Origin: Selaginella moellendorffii
Lineage: Eukaryota > Plantae > Lycopodiophyta
Direction of reading: 5' to 3'
DNA: 64,000 bases
Assembly (NCBI RefSeq): GCF_000143415.4
Contig: NW_003314357.1
Coordinates: 630,340-694,339 of the forward strand
Position 1 is the stretch's first letter, and each line of letters begins with the position of its first letter. Made by a program: the position numbers and the translations under genes. The notes under the pieces were generated by a model that did no database searches, was not told the DNA's origin, and saw nothing but the letters and a program-made list of their open reading frames with translations. Shown piece after piece: positions 1 to 11,004 of this stretch.

Positions 1-501
1 GGCGACGATAATCTTGTCCTTCCAGGCTAGGCACGCGAATCCAGCCCTCGCCTGGCGCATACCAGCGCAGCAAATCCATCGCCGCTTGTACGCTCGCAAA
101 TCCATCGCGAAGACGCTGTCAAGAAACTCCAAGCTGGGAAGAGCCCTACCGCCGAGAACAAAGAGCTTGCCCTCCACGCAAATGCATCGCGCCGACATGG
201 GCACGCCGCAAGGGACTCCAGGGATTGGCGGCAATTGCTCCCAGCTCCCCAGCTCTGGATCATACACCGAGACCGCCAATTCCAGCGCCGATTGTGATTC
301 CGGAGAGGGAATTCTATGGATCGCCGCGAACATCTTCTTGGGGCAATCGGATTCCAGCTGCAATGCGCCTCTCCAGCCCTTGCTCACCGCTCGAATGGAG
401 CGGCAATCCCACCACGAGCTCGCCCTGGTGAGGATTTCATCGCGTACCAGATGATCGGGGAGGCCATGGATCAAACTCTTTTGCTGCGTGAGCGTCGCCA
501 T
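1..501 (-). CDS. F-box/kelch-repeat protein (5' part; runs off window edge)
   Basis: Manual minus-strand translation from ATG at 501, with no stop before base 1: MATLTQQKSLIHGLPDHLVRDEILTRASSWWDCRSIRAVSKGW (F-box), then VYDPELGSWEQLPPIP, CICVEGKLFVLGG and WICCAGMRQARAGFACLAWKDKIIVA (kelch repeats). Absent from the ORF track because the stop is outside the window. Confidence 0.9.
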   Translation of the reverse strand, partial: MATLTQQKSLIHGLPDHLVRDEILTRASSWWDCRSIRAVSKGWRGALQLESDCPKKMFAAIHRIPSPESQSALELAVSVYDPELGSWEQLPPIPGVPCGVPMSARCICVEGKLFVLGGRALPSLEFLDSVFAMDLRAYKRRWICCAGMRQARAGFACLAWKDKIIVA

Positions 502-583
502 TCTTTCTCGCTATCTCTGTCCAAAAGCCCTAATGTTTCGGGCATAGATATACCCAATTTCATTGTTTGAAAGATTCAAAGTG

Positions 584-760
584 ACGTGGCAGGATCGCTA
601 TTGGCCATTTGTCGTGTAGTGATGTGACACGTCACTGTGCCACCACGTGGCATGATTCAACGGGTGATTCGCCGGCTCTATCTATGCAAAAGCGCGGCAG
701 ATTTAAAATGTAGGTAGACCTCTCAAGCACGCTTCGAATCGAAACCGCGACTGACGCGTG
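584..760. promoter_or_regulatory. ABRE/G-box cluster upstream of the F-box/kelch gene
   Basis: ACGTGGC 584-590, GACACGTCA 626-634, CCACGTGGC 643-651 and CE3-like ACGCGTG 754-760, all 80-260 bp upstream of ATG 501. Confidence 0.45.
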
Positions 761-2409
761 GATAAGCTTCTTTGCTTGATATGACGCGCGTAGAAAAAAT
801 ATCCTTCTTGACGGGTTCCAAAGGATCTTTGCTTCCAAATTGGAAGTTTGTGAGACCCGATCTCCGGGAAAATTCTAAAAGCTTATGAATCGTCACGTAC
901 CAATGACTGAGAGGAGATCAATCGATCAGATTGAAGTGCTCCTAATCACTGTTGTTTGATCAATGACTTATCGACCGCTCTCAAGCGCTTGCTCGCAAAA
1001 AGTTAAAACTTTTTTGAGAATGAATCCATACCCACCAAAGTGAATTTCACCAATCCATCCAGCACAAGACTGCGAGAAAGGAAAGAAAAAAAAACATTAG
1101 AGGAGGAGAGAAATGAGACTTACATTCTAGCATGGCGTCAAGTCGTCAAGTGCTGGCGTTACTTTGTAGACAAGCTTGTTGATTTCTAACACGCCACACA
1201 ACGAAGCAGTCGGATCGAGAAGGACGTTGACATGATCAGAGTTCTCGACATTTTTTGTGTTGTTTGGAGCGACGAGCTTTGACAATCATCGAAAGCGACC
1301 ACTTAAATACCTTTGTTTGTAGCGGTGGACGAACTGGATGGAGCATGAAACGTCGAGTGATTGATAGAAATGATGAGCCGAAAGCAAAGCTCAATGAAGC
1401 CTGAGAAACCCACACAGCATGATTGAAACACACAAGCTTAGAAGAAGCCGGAATCTTTGACTTACAAAAACCGGGGCAGAGACGTACCAGAGCATTTTCG
1501 GGCTCATCAGAAAACCAGTACAGGCAGGCTGCCTTTGTTTGCATCCGCCGTTGCTTTCCTAAGTTTCATTAGTTTTTTTCCCTCGCTCGACCCCTGAGAC
1601 AACGAACCAAAAGCATTAGAGAAACGGAGAGAAGATTAAGTTACTAGTACCTGTAAACATCTGGCTCACGGGATCTATTGTAGATATACTGCACTGCGCT
1701 GATATATATGGTCCCGAGACAATATAAACATACCCGCTAGCTTCCACCCGTATAGAGTCACGTGAAATCTCGACCAGATTTCCCAGCTTGTTGCAGCAGA
1801 GAATGATTATGATTATACCCGCAAGGCACTGGGGAAAATTCCTGCGGCCCCGTGAGCCACTGCCAAGAGAAAAAAAAAATGGCAATGCTTAGGCCTGACT
1901 GACAACAATGTGACCCAAGCTTGTTTAGAAAAATACCTCTGTTTTGCAGTTTTGCTTTCTTGGTCTCGTGAGTCTTAAGCAGCTCTCCTCCACTGGTCCT
2001 CCAAAGTGGCGCCTTCTTCAATGAGCTTTTTGCGAAGTGAGGCTCCCAATACCAGAAAGCTGAAGACCACCTGGTACGCGGTACAGCCAGGTCTACTCTA
2101 CCTCTGCTTTGGTCCGGCTTGTTTGGTTGCTTCTTACGCTAGAACACTCTCTCGTCTTCTAATTCGTCGCTCGGTCTCTCCAAAGAGCTGCAAGGACGTG
2201 GAACAAAAGAGATTTGACAAGACTCACAGGTGCGTTACAGCTTGTTGCTTTCTCGCTTCTCTAGCTCTAAAGCTTTGCTTGATTCTGCAGACAAGGATTG
2301 AAAGCAAGTCTAGAAAAGCAAAGACCAACTTGGAATGTTTAAATGCATACCTTGGCTCATCGCAGAAGCAGCGGTTCTATGGTCGTCTCAGAGGATTTAG
2401 CTCCTGTGC

Positions 2410-3825
2410 ATGGAAAAAGGATTGAGTGATCACCAGTCTCCCGAGCAGTCCTCCATGCCTCCCACAACAACAAGTCTGGCTTATGGCTTGGCAGACGAAC
2501 ACATCTCCGGAGATCCGTCCAGGAAGCATTTGGTCTCGTCCGGCAAGCCACCGCTGTATCTCCGAGAAGAAAGCCCATCAGCACCAACAACACAAAGAAC
2601 GTCCTCACCTCAGATGGATCAGAGTGACAGGATCGAGCTCACGCAGCTCCCCGCGTTGCAGCGCGGCGACGGCCGCTGGGCAGCAAGTCTGTTGATCGAG
2701 TGCGCAGCAGCAGTCGTCCAGAAAGACGCTGCTCGAGTCCAGCATTTCATGTGGATGCTCAACGAACTTGCTTCTCCATACGGGGACTTCGACCAGCGGC
2801 TAGCATCGTGCTTCCTCCAGGGACTCTTCTGCCGGATCACCGGGACGGGCTCCCGCCAACACCGAGTGCTGTGCTCCGCGGCGGAGAGACAGTGCCTCTT
2901 CGATCCAATGCGCAAGATGATGCTCAAGTTCCAAGAGATGAGCCCCTGGACAACTTTCGGTCACGTCGCGGCCAACGGAGCTCTTATGGAAGCCGTGGAA
3001 GGCGAGTTTCGCGTCCACATCCTGGACGTGAGCAGCACCATGTGTACCCAGTGGCCGACTTTGCTGGAAGCTCTTGCCACCCGCTCGGACGGAGCTCCAC
3101 ACCTGAGACTGACGAGCATTCTGGTAAGCTCCGAGGAGGCGGTCGTCAAAGTCATGACCGAGGTCGGCGCTCGCCTCCGAAAGTTTGCAAGGCTGATGGG
3201 AGTCCCGTTCGAGTTTCGGCTCCTCCAGCAGCCGGAGCTCGAACTGCTCGACGTCGCTACCATCCAGCCTCGAGCCGGAGAAGCGCTCATCGTCAACTGT
3301 ATTCACTCGCTACACAATGTGTCCGAGAGGCCGCCTCCTTCTTCCTCGTCTTCCGCTGCTTCTCCACGAGATCTAGTCCTCAACACCTTCCGGAGCCTGA
3401 ATCCCAAGCTCGTGATCATCGCAGACGACGAAGCCGACCTCATATCTCGAGGAGACTTCATGAGCCGATTCGTGGAAGCAGTCCGCTACTATTCCCTCTT
3501 CTTCGAGTCTGTGGAGGAGAGTTTCCCGAGAACGAGCAACGAGAGGCTGATGCTGGAGAGAATTGTGTCACGGAAGATCGTCAACCTGTTAGCCTGTGAC
3601 GAAGCGAGCATCTCGGAGAGGCAGGAAAAGAGCAGCCAGTGGGTGATGAGGATGCGGAGAGCCGGCTTCGCACTCGCAAAGTTCAGTGACGATGTAGCCG
3701 ATGACGCTCGGGCGCTGCTCAAGCGGTATAAGGAAGGCTGGGGATACACCAACACCGACGTTGGCCTCTTTCTCACTTGGAAGGAGCAGCCCACTGTGTT
3801 TGCCACCTCTTGGAAACCATTCTGA
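2410..3825 (+). CDS. SHR: GRAS transcription factor, SHORT-ROOT-like
   Basis: Intronless 471-aa ORF with SHR-type motifs MWMLNELASPYGD, KFQEMSPWTTFGHVAANGA, VHILD (VHIID), CTQWPTLLEALATR, KFARLMGVPFEF, ESFPRTSNERLMLER and ALLKRYKEGW. The exact start Met is uncertain. Confidence 0.92.
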   Translation: MEKGLSDHQSPEQSSMPPTTTSLAYGLADEHISGDPSRKHLVSSGKPPLYLREESPSAPTTQRTSSPQMDQSDRIELTQLPALQRGDGRWAASLLIECAAAVVQKDAARVQHFMWMLNELASPYGDFDQRLASCFLQGLFCRITGTGSRQHRVLCSAAERQCLFDPMRKMMLKFQEMSPWTTFGHVAANGALMEAVEGEFRVHILDVSSTMCTQWPTLLEALATRSDGAPHLRLTSILVSSEEAVVKVMTEVGARLRKFARLMGVPFEFRLLQQPELELLDVATIQPRAGEALIVNCIHSLHNVSERPPPSSSSSAASPRDLVLNTFRSLNPKLVIIADDEADLISRGDFMSRFVEAVRYYSLFFESVEESFPRTSNERLMLERIVSRKIVNLLACDEASISERQEKSSQWVMRMRRAGFALAKFSDDVADDARALLKRYKEGWGYTNTDVGLFLTWKEQPTVFATSWKPF

Positions 3826-4360
3826 GAGCCTGTATAAATCCAAAAGATTTTCCCCCGAGTTCTGGTTCCCGGTTCCTGGTTGGATTGGATCCATCAAGTT
3901 CTCTGTTCCAAATCGCTTGACTTGTCGAGAGCCTCCATTGTTCGTTTGGATCTTCGCGATGATCAAGTTGCTGGAAACTTATTTTTACGTTCTTCCATAG
4001 TCCACGAAAGTGAAGAAAACCGTGCTCGTTGCTTGGACCTCGGATCAAACGTTTCTGCCTTGGAAACCATGCTGAACTTTTTAATTCCTTGACTAGCTTA
4101 TCATAACCTGATTGCCAGCTCTTGGAAACCTTGAAACTTTTGACGCGCTTGCTTGGCTAGCTAGACGTTTTTAAATCCAATGCTCTTACCATATTAGTTC
4201 CTGCGCTGTCCGGAACTTTTTAATCCAAAACCTTTCCTCCACCATCGACAAATCGTCCTGCAGAACAAAAAATAAATTAGCAACGCATCGATCTTAGCAA
4301 CTCGATTTTAGCAACAAGAAAGTCCAGTCGCCATGCAAGAAGAAAACTAAAAAGAAAGAA

Positions 4361-4952
4361 ATGCGTACCTCGCAAAAGGAAGATCCCAGTCCTCTTTGCT
4401 TCATTCCCTGGAAGAGATTCTCGGCTTCTTGCAAGAGCTCCTCCCGGCCAAGTGATAATCTCACCAGCATCGTCGTGAAAGAGACTAGATCGAGCTCCGG
4501 TATCGCGTGGAACAGCTCTTGCGCTGGGCGAATCCGGCCACCACCGAGTTCCGCGCGCTGTGGCATCTCGTCGAGGCGTCTGCAAGATCCGTGCTGGGAG
4601 TAGACAGTGAGCATGATCGTCCAAGAAACGATGCTCCATTCTTCCTCGAAATACGCCGCTAGCATCGAGTTCCAAGAAAAGAGACCGCGCTCTTCTATCT
4701 GATCGAAGATCGCCCTGGCGCTACCAGCATCCCCGATCTGGGACTAGGCGCGGTGGGATCTTGTGCCCTGGACGATCGGGGCATCGCATCAAACACCGCC
4801 TTGGCGCCTTCCAGATCGCCGTTGCGAGAATACGCGCTGGCGAGATCCAGGCCGGATGAGGCAAGAACACATCGCGCCAGATCGCGGTATAGCTCCCGCG
4901 CTCCGGCCAGCGTCGTGCTCGCTTCGAGGCATCCCTTGTGATCCAAGCGCAT
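4361..4952 (-). pseudogene. Decayed PPR gene (short tandem S/SS-type motifs)
   Basis: PPR fragments in shifting frames: SAYSRNGDLEGAKAVFDAMP, ARAIFDQIEERGLFSWNSMLAAY, IVSWTIMLTVYSQHG, AQELFHAIPELDLVSFTTML, LQEAENLFQGM. Internal deletions and a frameshift. Confidence 0.75.
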
Positions 4953-5047
4953 TTTTCTTCTTCTCTTCAAAAATTTCCATCCCGAGCGAAGAACCCTAAA
5001 AACAGGGACCAAGCCCTTAGGGTGAAGAGAAGAGAGGGAAAGGAAGG

Positions 5048-6696
<1,649 letters not shown>

Positions 6697-7208
6697 GAAG
6701 AGTAACGACGAAAGGGAAAACAAATCAAGGAAGCGAACGAACGAACGAGCCTGTGCGCGTTGCTCATTACGACGTTAGGCTCTCCGGTGGCTTCCTCTCG
6801 CCCAAGACAAGTTTTACAGTAAGATCGATTTCCAGGCTCGCGATGTCTCTATTGACAGAAGACCGTTTCTCTCTTGTTTTTTTCTTCTTCTTCTGATGAC
6901 TCGAATGAATAAAGTTTGCAGACAAATAAATCTTTACGAAAGAACTTCGAGAAGAAAATAGGAAATTCTTTGAGCTTAAGAAGATCGAAGGTAGAAAGAA
7001 ATTCCTGCCCTGGATCGGAAAATCCGGTTGTTAGAAACAAAGATTTTACCTTTTGGTGCATGCAATCCTCCGTGTGAGCCACAGGCTGCCAGGTGCTACG
7101 TCCATGCCAGCCCCAAATCCAAATAAAAGACCAATGGATCTCCTCTTCTTTCCCACACAGCTCCAATTCTCCATCTCCAGTCCATCAATCACAAGCTCTT
7201 CGATCGCC

Positions 7209-7589
7209 ATGGGCGATCTCGTCAAGTCCAAATCCAATGATTCCGGCATCACGCTCCAGCATCTCAAGCAGCGATCCTCTGCGCGCCGCGTTCTTGGCAT
7301 CCTGGCGATCCTGGCAGTGGGAGCGATGGTGCTGGGGGGCGGCGCCGTGGCACTCTTGCTCGTCTCGCCGATCCTCCTCTTTTTTAGCCCTATCCTGGTG
7401 CCGCTGGCGATCCTGGCGACGGGGGCGGCGGTGGCATTCATCGCTTTCGTGGCGACCATTACCTGGATCTATAGGTATGCGAGGGGCGGGCGCCCGGCTG
7501 GATCACAGCGCCTGGATGCAGTCAAGAGCCGCGTGATGGAGAAGCCTTCACAGGTGAGTGACAAGGCGGCTGCTACTCGTTCGCCTTAG
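7209..7589 (+). CDS. Oleosin
   Basis: 126 aa from ATG 7209. Long uncharged stretch with the proline knot P-X5-SP-X3-P (SPILLFFSPILVP), followed by WIYRY..G..PAGSQRLD. RY-like TGCATGCA at 7057-7064 upstream. Confidence 0.92.
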   Translation: MGDLVKSKSNDSGITLQHLKQRSSARRVLGILAILAVGAMVLGGGAVALLLVSPILLFFSPILVPLAILATGAAVAFIAFVATITWIYRYARGGRPAGSQRLDAVKSRVMEKPSQVSDKAAATRSP

Positions 7590-9089
7590 AACTTTGAGTT
7601 CCCGCCTGTTTCTTTTTAAATTTATACAAGTCTTATTAATGATTATTAAGATTGAGTTGCCAGTATTATTGATTAAGTCCTAATAAATATGAAAATGCAA
7701 AAATGATTATTCTTATAGCTATATTTTTTTATTTAAACTATATATTTATATAGGTAATTAACAAGAAATTTTAGAGAAAATGCTATGTGCAGATGGTAAA
7801 GGTATATTCTGAGAATATTATTATTTTATACTTGTGTTATAAAAATTTTAATCATAAACTGTTTTGCTTTATTTTTTTTACTAATTTTATTTTCATTGTA
7901 AGCTTATCTCTTGATTGAGAAGCACTCTTCCACGTGGCTTTGAGGTGACACTAGGACCTATGCCGCTAAGGCTACATTGCTTGCTTTGAGGGGGAAGACA
8001 AAATTTTTTCGGTGATGTATTTCCAAAAATATGTTAAAGAGTGTGGTAAGAGAGAACAGGAAAATCTCTCTATGACTGATTTGTGGATGGTAGCATGCTG
8101 TAAAGATGTGGAAGGATCCATTTATAAAGCACTCATGCTCAATGGCAAGCACTAGGACTCTCTCCTTTATCCCTTCTTAGCAAGAAAGGACCTTGGACAT
8201 GATCATGGGGATGGAGCTCAGCCGATGGCTTGTTTTTTGCTCAAGCCTCGCCATGATCGATGGTCTCACTTTTTTTTCATTCATTATAAATTGCTTGAGC
8301 TTCTTTTTGTGTCCTCTTCTGTAAAGGATGCTATGACGAGCTGGTTGAACACTTGCAAGCAAAGCAAGAAGAATCTCAAGAGACCCCTGCTGGCAGTGCC
8401 ACCTCTAATGATGTGTGAAAATGTAGCACTTAGCCAAGAAAGAGAAAGGACATTACTACTATGCTTCAAAAGAAGGGTGGAGTCAAGCCAAACAACAACA
8501 TCTTCATGACCAGAATCAGGCAGTTGCTACTCCACTTCTCTTGACTTCCACAAGTTTCAAGAGGACCTGGAGTGAACTTGATTGTGTGAATACTAGTTAT
8601 TAGGGCAATTTATTATTGTAAGGAATAAAATAAACCAAACTACAATTTTACAATTAGATAACAAGAATGACATGGAACTATCCCCTTTTAGCATTCCGTT
8701 TTTACCATTAGTTTAAATTTCTAAATTTAATGTCATAATTTTTATTTTATTTTATTTATATCACATTGATTGAAAAAACCTTATGAATAGAAATAAAGAA
8801 ATAATATAATTAACTAAACGTTGATTGCTATAAGTTTTAGACAAACCATTATTGTGTTTATGGCTCTATAGAAAAAATATACATATGTATATGATCTTTG
8901 ATCACTACGGTTGGCGTTAAAGGTATCAGTGGAGCTAGAGCAGTCTGAACTGATCAGGGAATTTGTACCTCTTCTCAAAAGGTATGAGAGACCTTCCATC
9001 TCTTGGCATTGGCCGGTTATGGAATATAACCAGCCAAGATCCAACGGCTGAGCTCAAAGAGCACTCAGTTCCTTTATTGCTTAGAAACT

Positions 9090-11004
9090 CTACCCAGCCG
9101 TGACAACGTTAAGGTCCAGTCTTCTTCTTCTGGCAGCAACTAAATCCTCAACGTGAGAAAGCCAAGCCCTCTGTTCATGGCTGTTTGCAACGTCTCTTAG
9201 AACTCCAAGGTGTCGTGCCTGAATGAGATATATGAGACAGGCACCTTCATCAAACACACTTTTCACTTACCAGCCAACGCTCAAAAGCACGCAACCTCCG
9301 CCGCTGCCCATTCCAGTAGCTATGTGACGGCAATGGCAAAGTGCCTAGAACTACGGACAAGTATTGTAGAACAAAGGTTGGATTATCCGTAGAAGTCGCC
9401 AGATTGTAGTTTGCCGCCTGTCAACAATACCTCATTAGAGAACACAGAAAAGGAAAGAAAGGAAGCAAGATTACTCTTAGAGGTGCCCCGTTATGTACTG
9501 CAAAAAACACAAGGTCCAACCCCGGTTGTAAAAGGAACTGTAATGAAAAGAAACAATTCCATCAAGGGCCAATTCAAACGACAAACTTACTATCGGAGCT
9601 CCAGATGATCCAGAGAGCGAAGAAAGAGACGTTGCCACCATTGTAGAATTGTAATCGACAACCCTGCCTACACTGAGAATCGAGTCACCGTCTACGAAAC
9701 CACAAAACGACTCTTTTAGTGCACTCTCGATGTTGAGTGCGAGTCTTTTGGTTAACTCCATTTTGAACTGCAGGAGATCCTGATCAGAGTTGTGCTTCGC
9801 CAATTCGCTGCAATAAAAGTCCAAGGATATGAGATGACTGTCCAAACGTTTAGAGCCCACCTCCGGTACTCGTCTTCAACGAGAAAGGAGTACGTTTTCA
9901 ACAATGCCCACTTTTCCTGCTCCTCTCCACTCTCCAGCACTTTCCTGATAACAGAAGAACCTGAGAGCAAAAAATAAGAAACTACAAGCGAGTAACACAC
10001 AACTTACAGGGGTAGCTGACCATGCCGCAGGCAGCATCCTTTGCATCCTCAGCTTCGGCCTCCAAAGAACAAGGCAACCAGAAAGTCGCAAACCTTGGAG
10101 ATGTTGTAGCCCTCTTGCAGTCTCCAAACTTATCGTCTTTTGTGGTCTCCCACAATCCCGCATCTGCATTCTCCAAGTACGCCTCCCCGTTTCCAGCGTG
10201 AATGACATCCAGCACAGGATCCACGGTTTTCACGTCAGCGACCACTGGAAGTTCCTTGAATTCCAACAGCGCCCTGGGCGTCGCAGCTTTCAAGAGCATT
10301 TCTGGCCTGAAAGTTGTGACCAAGGCAGCCCGCCATCGCGTCATGACGTTGCCTTTCTCGTCTTTCAGCATGTGTCGAGCACTGGCCCCATAGCTGGAGC
10401 TCAAGGGAAAGAAAACCCCCGGCACCAGCTTATCCTCTTTTCCGCGGGCGTCCATCCTGAAAGTAGCCATGGCGTTCCTTTCCACTATAGCCTGCCCTGC
10501 GACCATGAGATGCCTGGGACTATCGACGATTCCTTCGCCTAGAATCTTCCACTTTTCCCTTTCGGATACATCTAGGTGCGCGTTGCCCGTGATGAGGTAG
10601 AGAGGAGACAAGCAAAACTCGTCTTCTGGCCCCAAATCGGCGTCTCGCACGCCTCTTTGGAGGATCTCCTGTTCGGCGGCTTCCTGTTCGGCTTCTTCTT
10701 CGAAGATGAGACTCGGGGGAGGATCTAGCACAGACCTTGGACGCCATTCCATCCCGTGCGCCATCTCCAGTCCTAGAAGCGCCTCTTCGAACCCGCCCTC
10801 GCCCTCGCCCTCCATCTCTCGCTCAAGAACCCTATCAAGAACCCTATCTACTCTTTTAAGTAGCGATAGCCGAATTTTGTGGGCCGCCGGATTTGGCCAA
10901 TCGGCGCCGTCGGATGCGGGGTAACCCGTTTTCCTTACACGCTCCAAGAAAAAAATTCTCCTTTTACCGCGGCTCCTCTTCCGCCCTGCAGCTGCGACTT
11001 CCAC
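9090..11004 (-). CDS. Multi-exon gene with trypsin-like (PA clan) serine peptidase motifs; 5' end uncertain
   Basis: Exons (minus) ~11004-10008, 9960-9861, 9807-9591, 9537-9475, 9417-9271, 9218-9090, joined by five GT-AG introns of 47-57 bp into one open frame ending TAG at 9090. Motifs in order: GASARHML, NADAGLW, CGMVSYP, SLSGSSGAPIF, FFAVHNGA, YNLA. Confidence 0.72.

Noticed and set aside
14-454. 146-aa plus-strand ORF
   Set aside because: Antisense shadow of the F-box/kelch gene.
2700-3599. 299-aa overlapping ORF and antisense ORFs in the GRAS gene
   Set aside because: Alternative-frame artefacts of GC-rich coding DNA with no motifs.
7053-7208. N-terminal extension of the oleosin in the ORF track
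   Set aside because: Starts at a non-ATG codon and looks like promoter/5' UTR; ATG 7209 has a good context.
8160-8570. Possible gene fragment between the oleosin and the protease-like gene
   Set aside because: Moderately GC-rich, but I could not support any motif or consistent exon structure.
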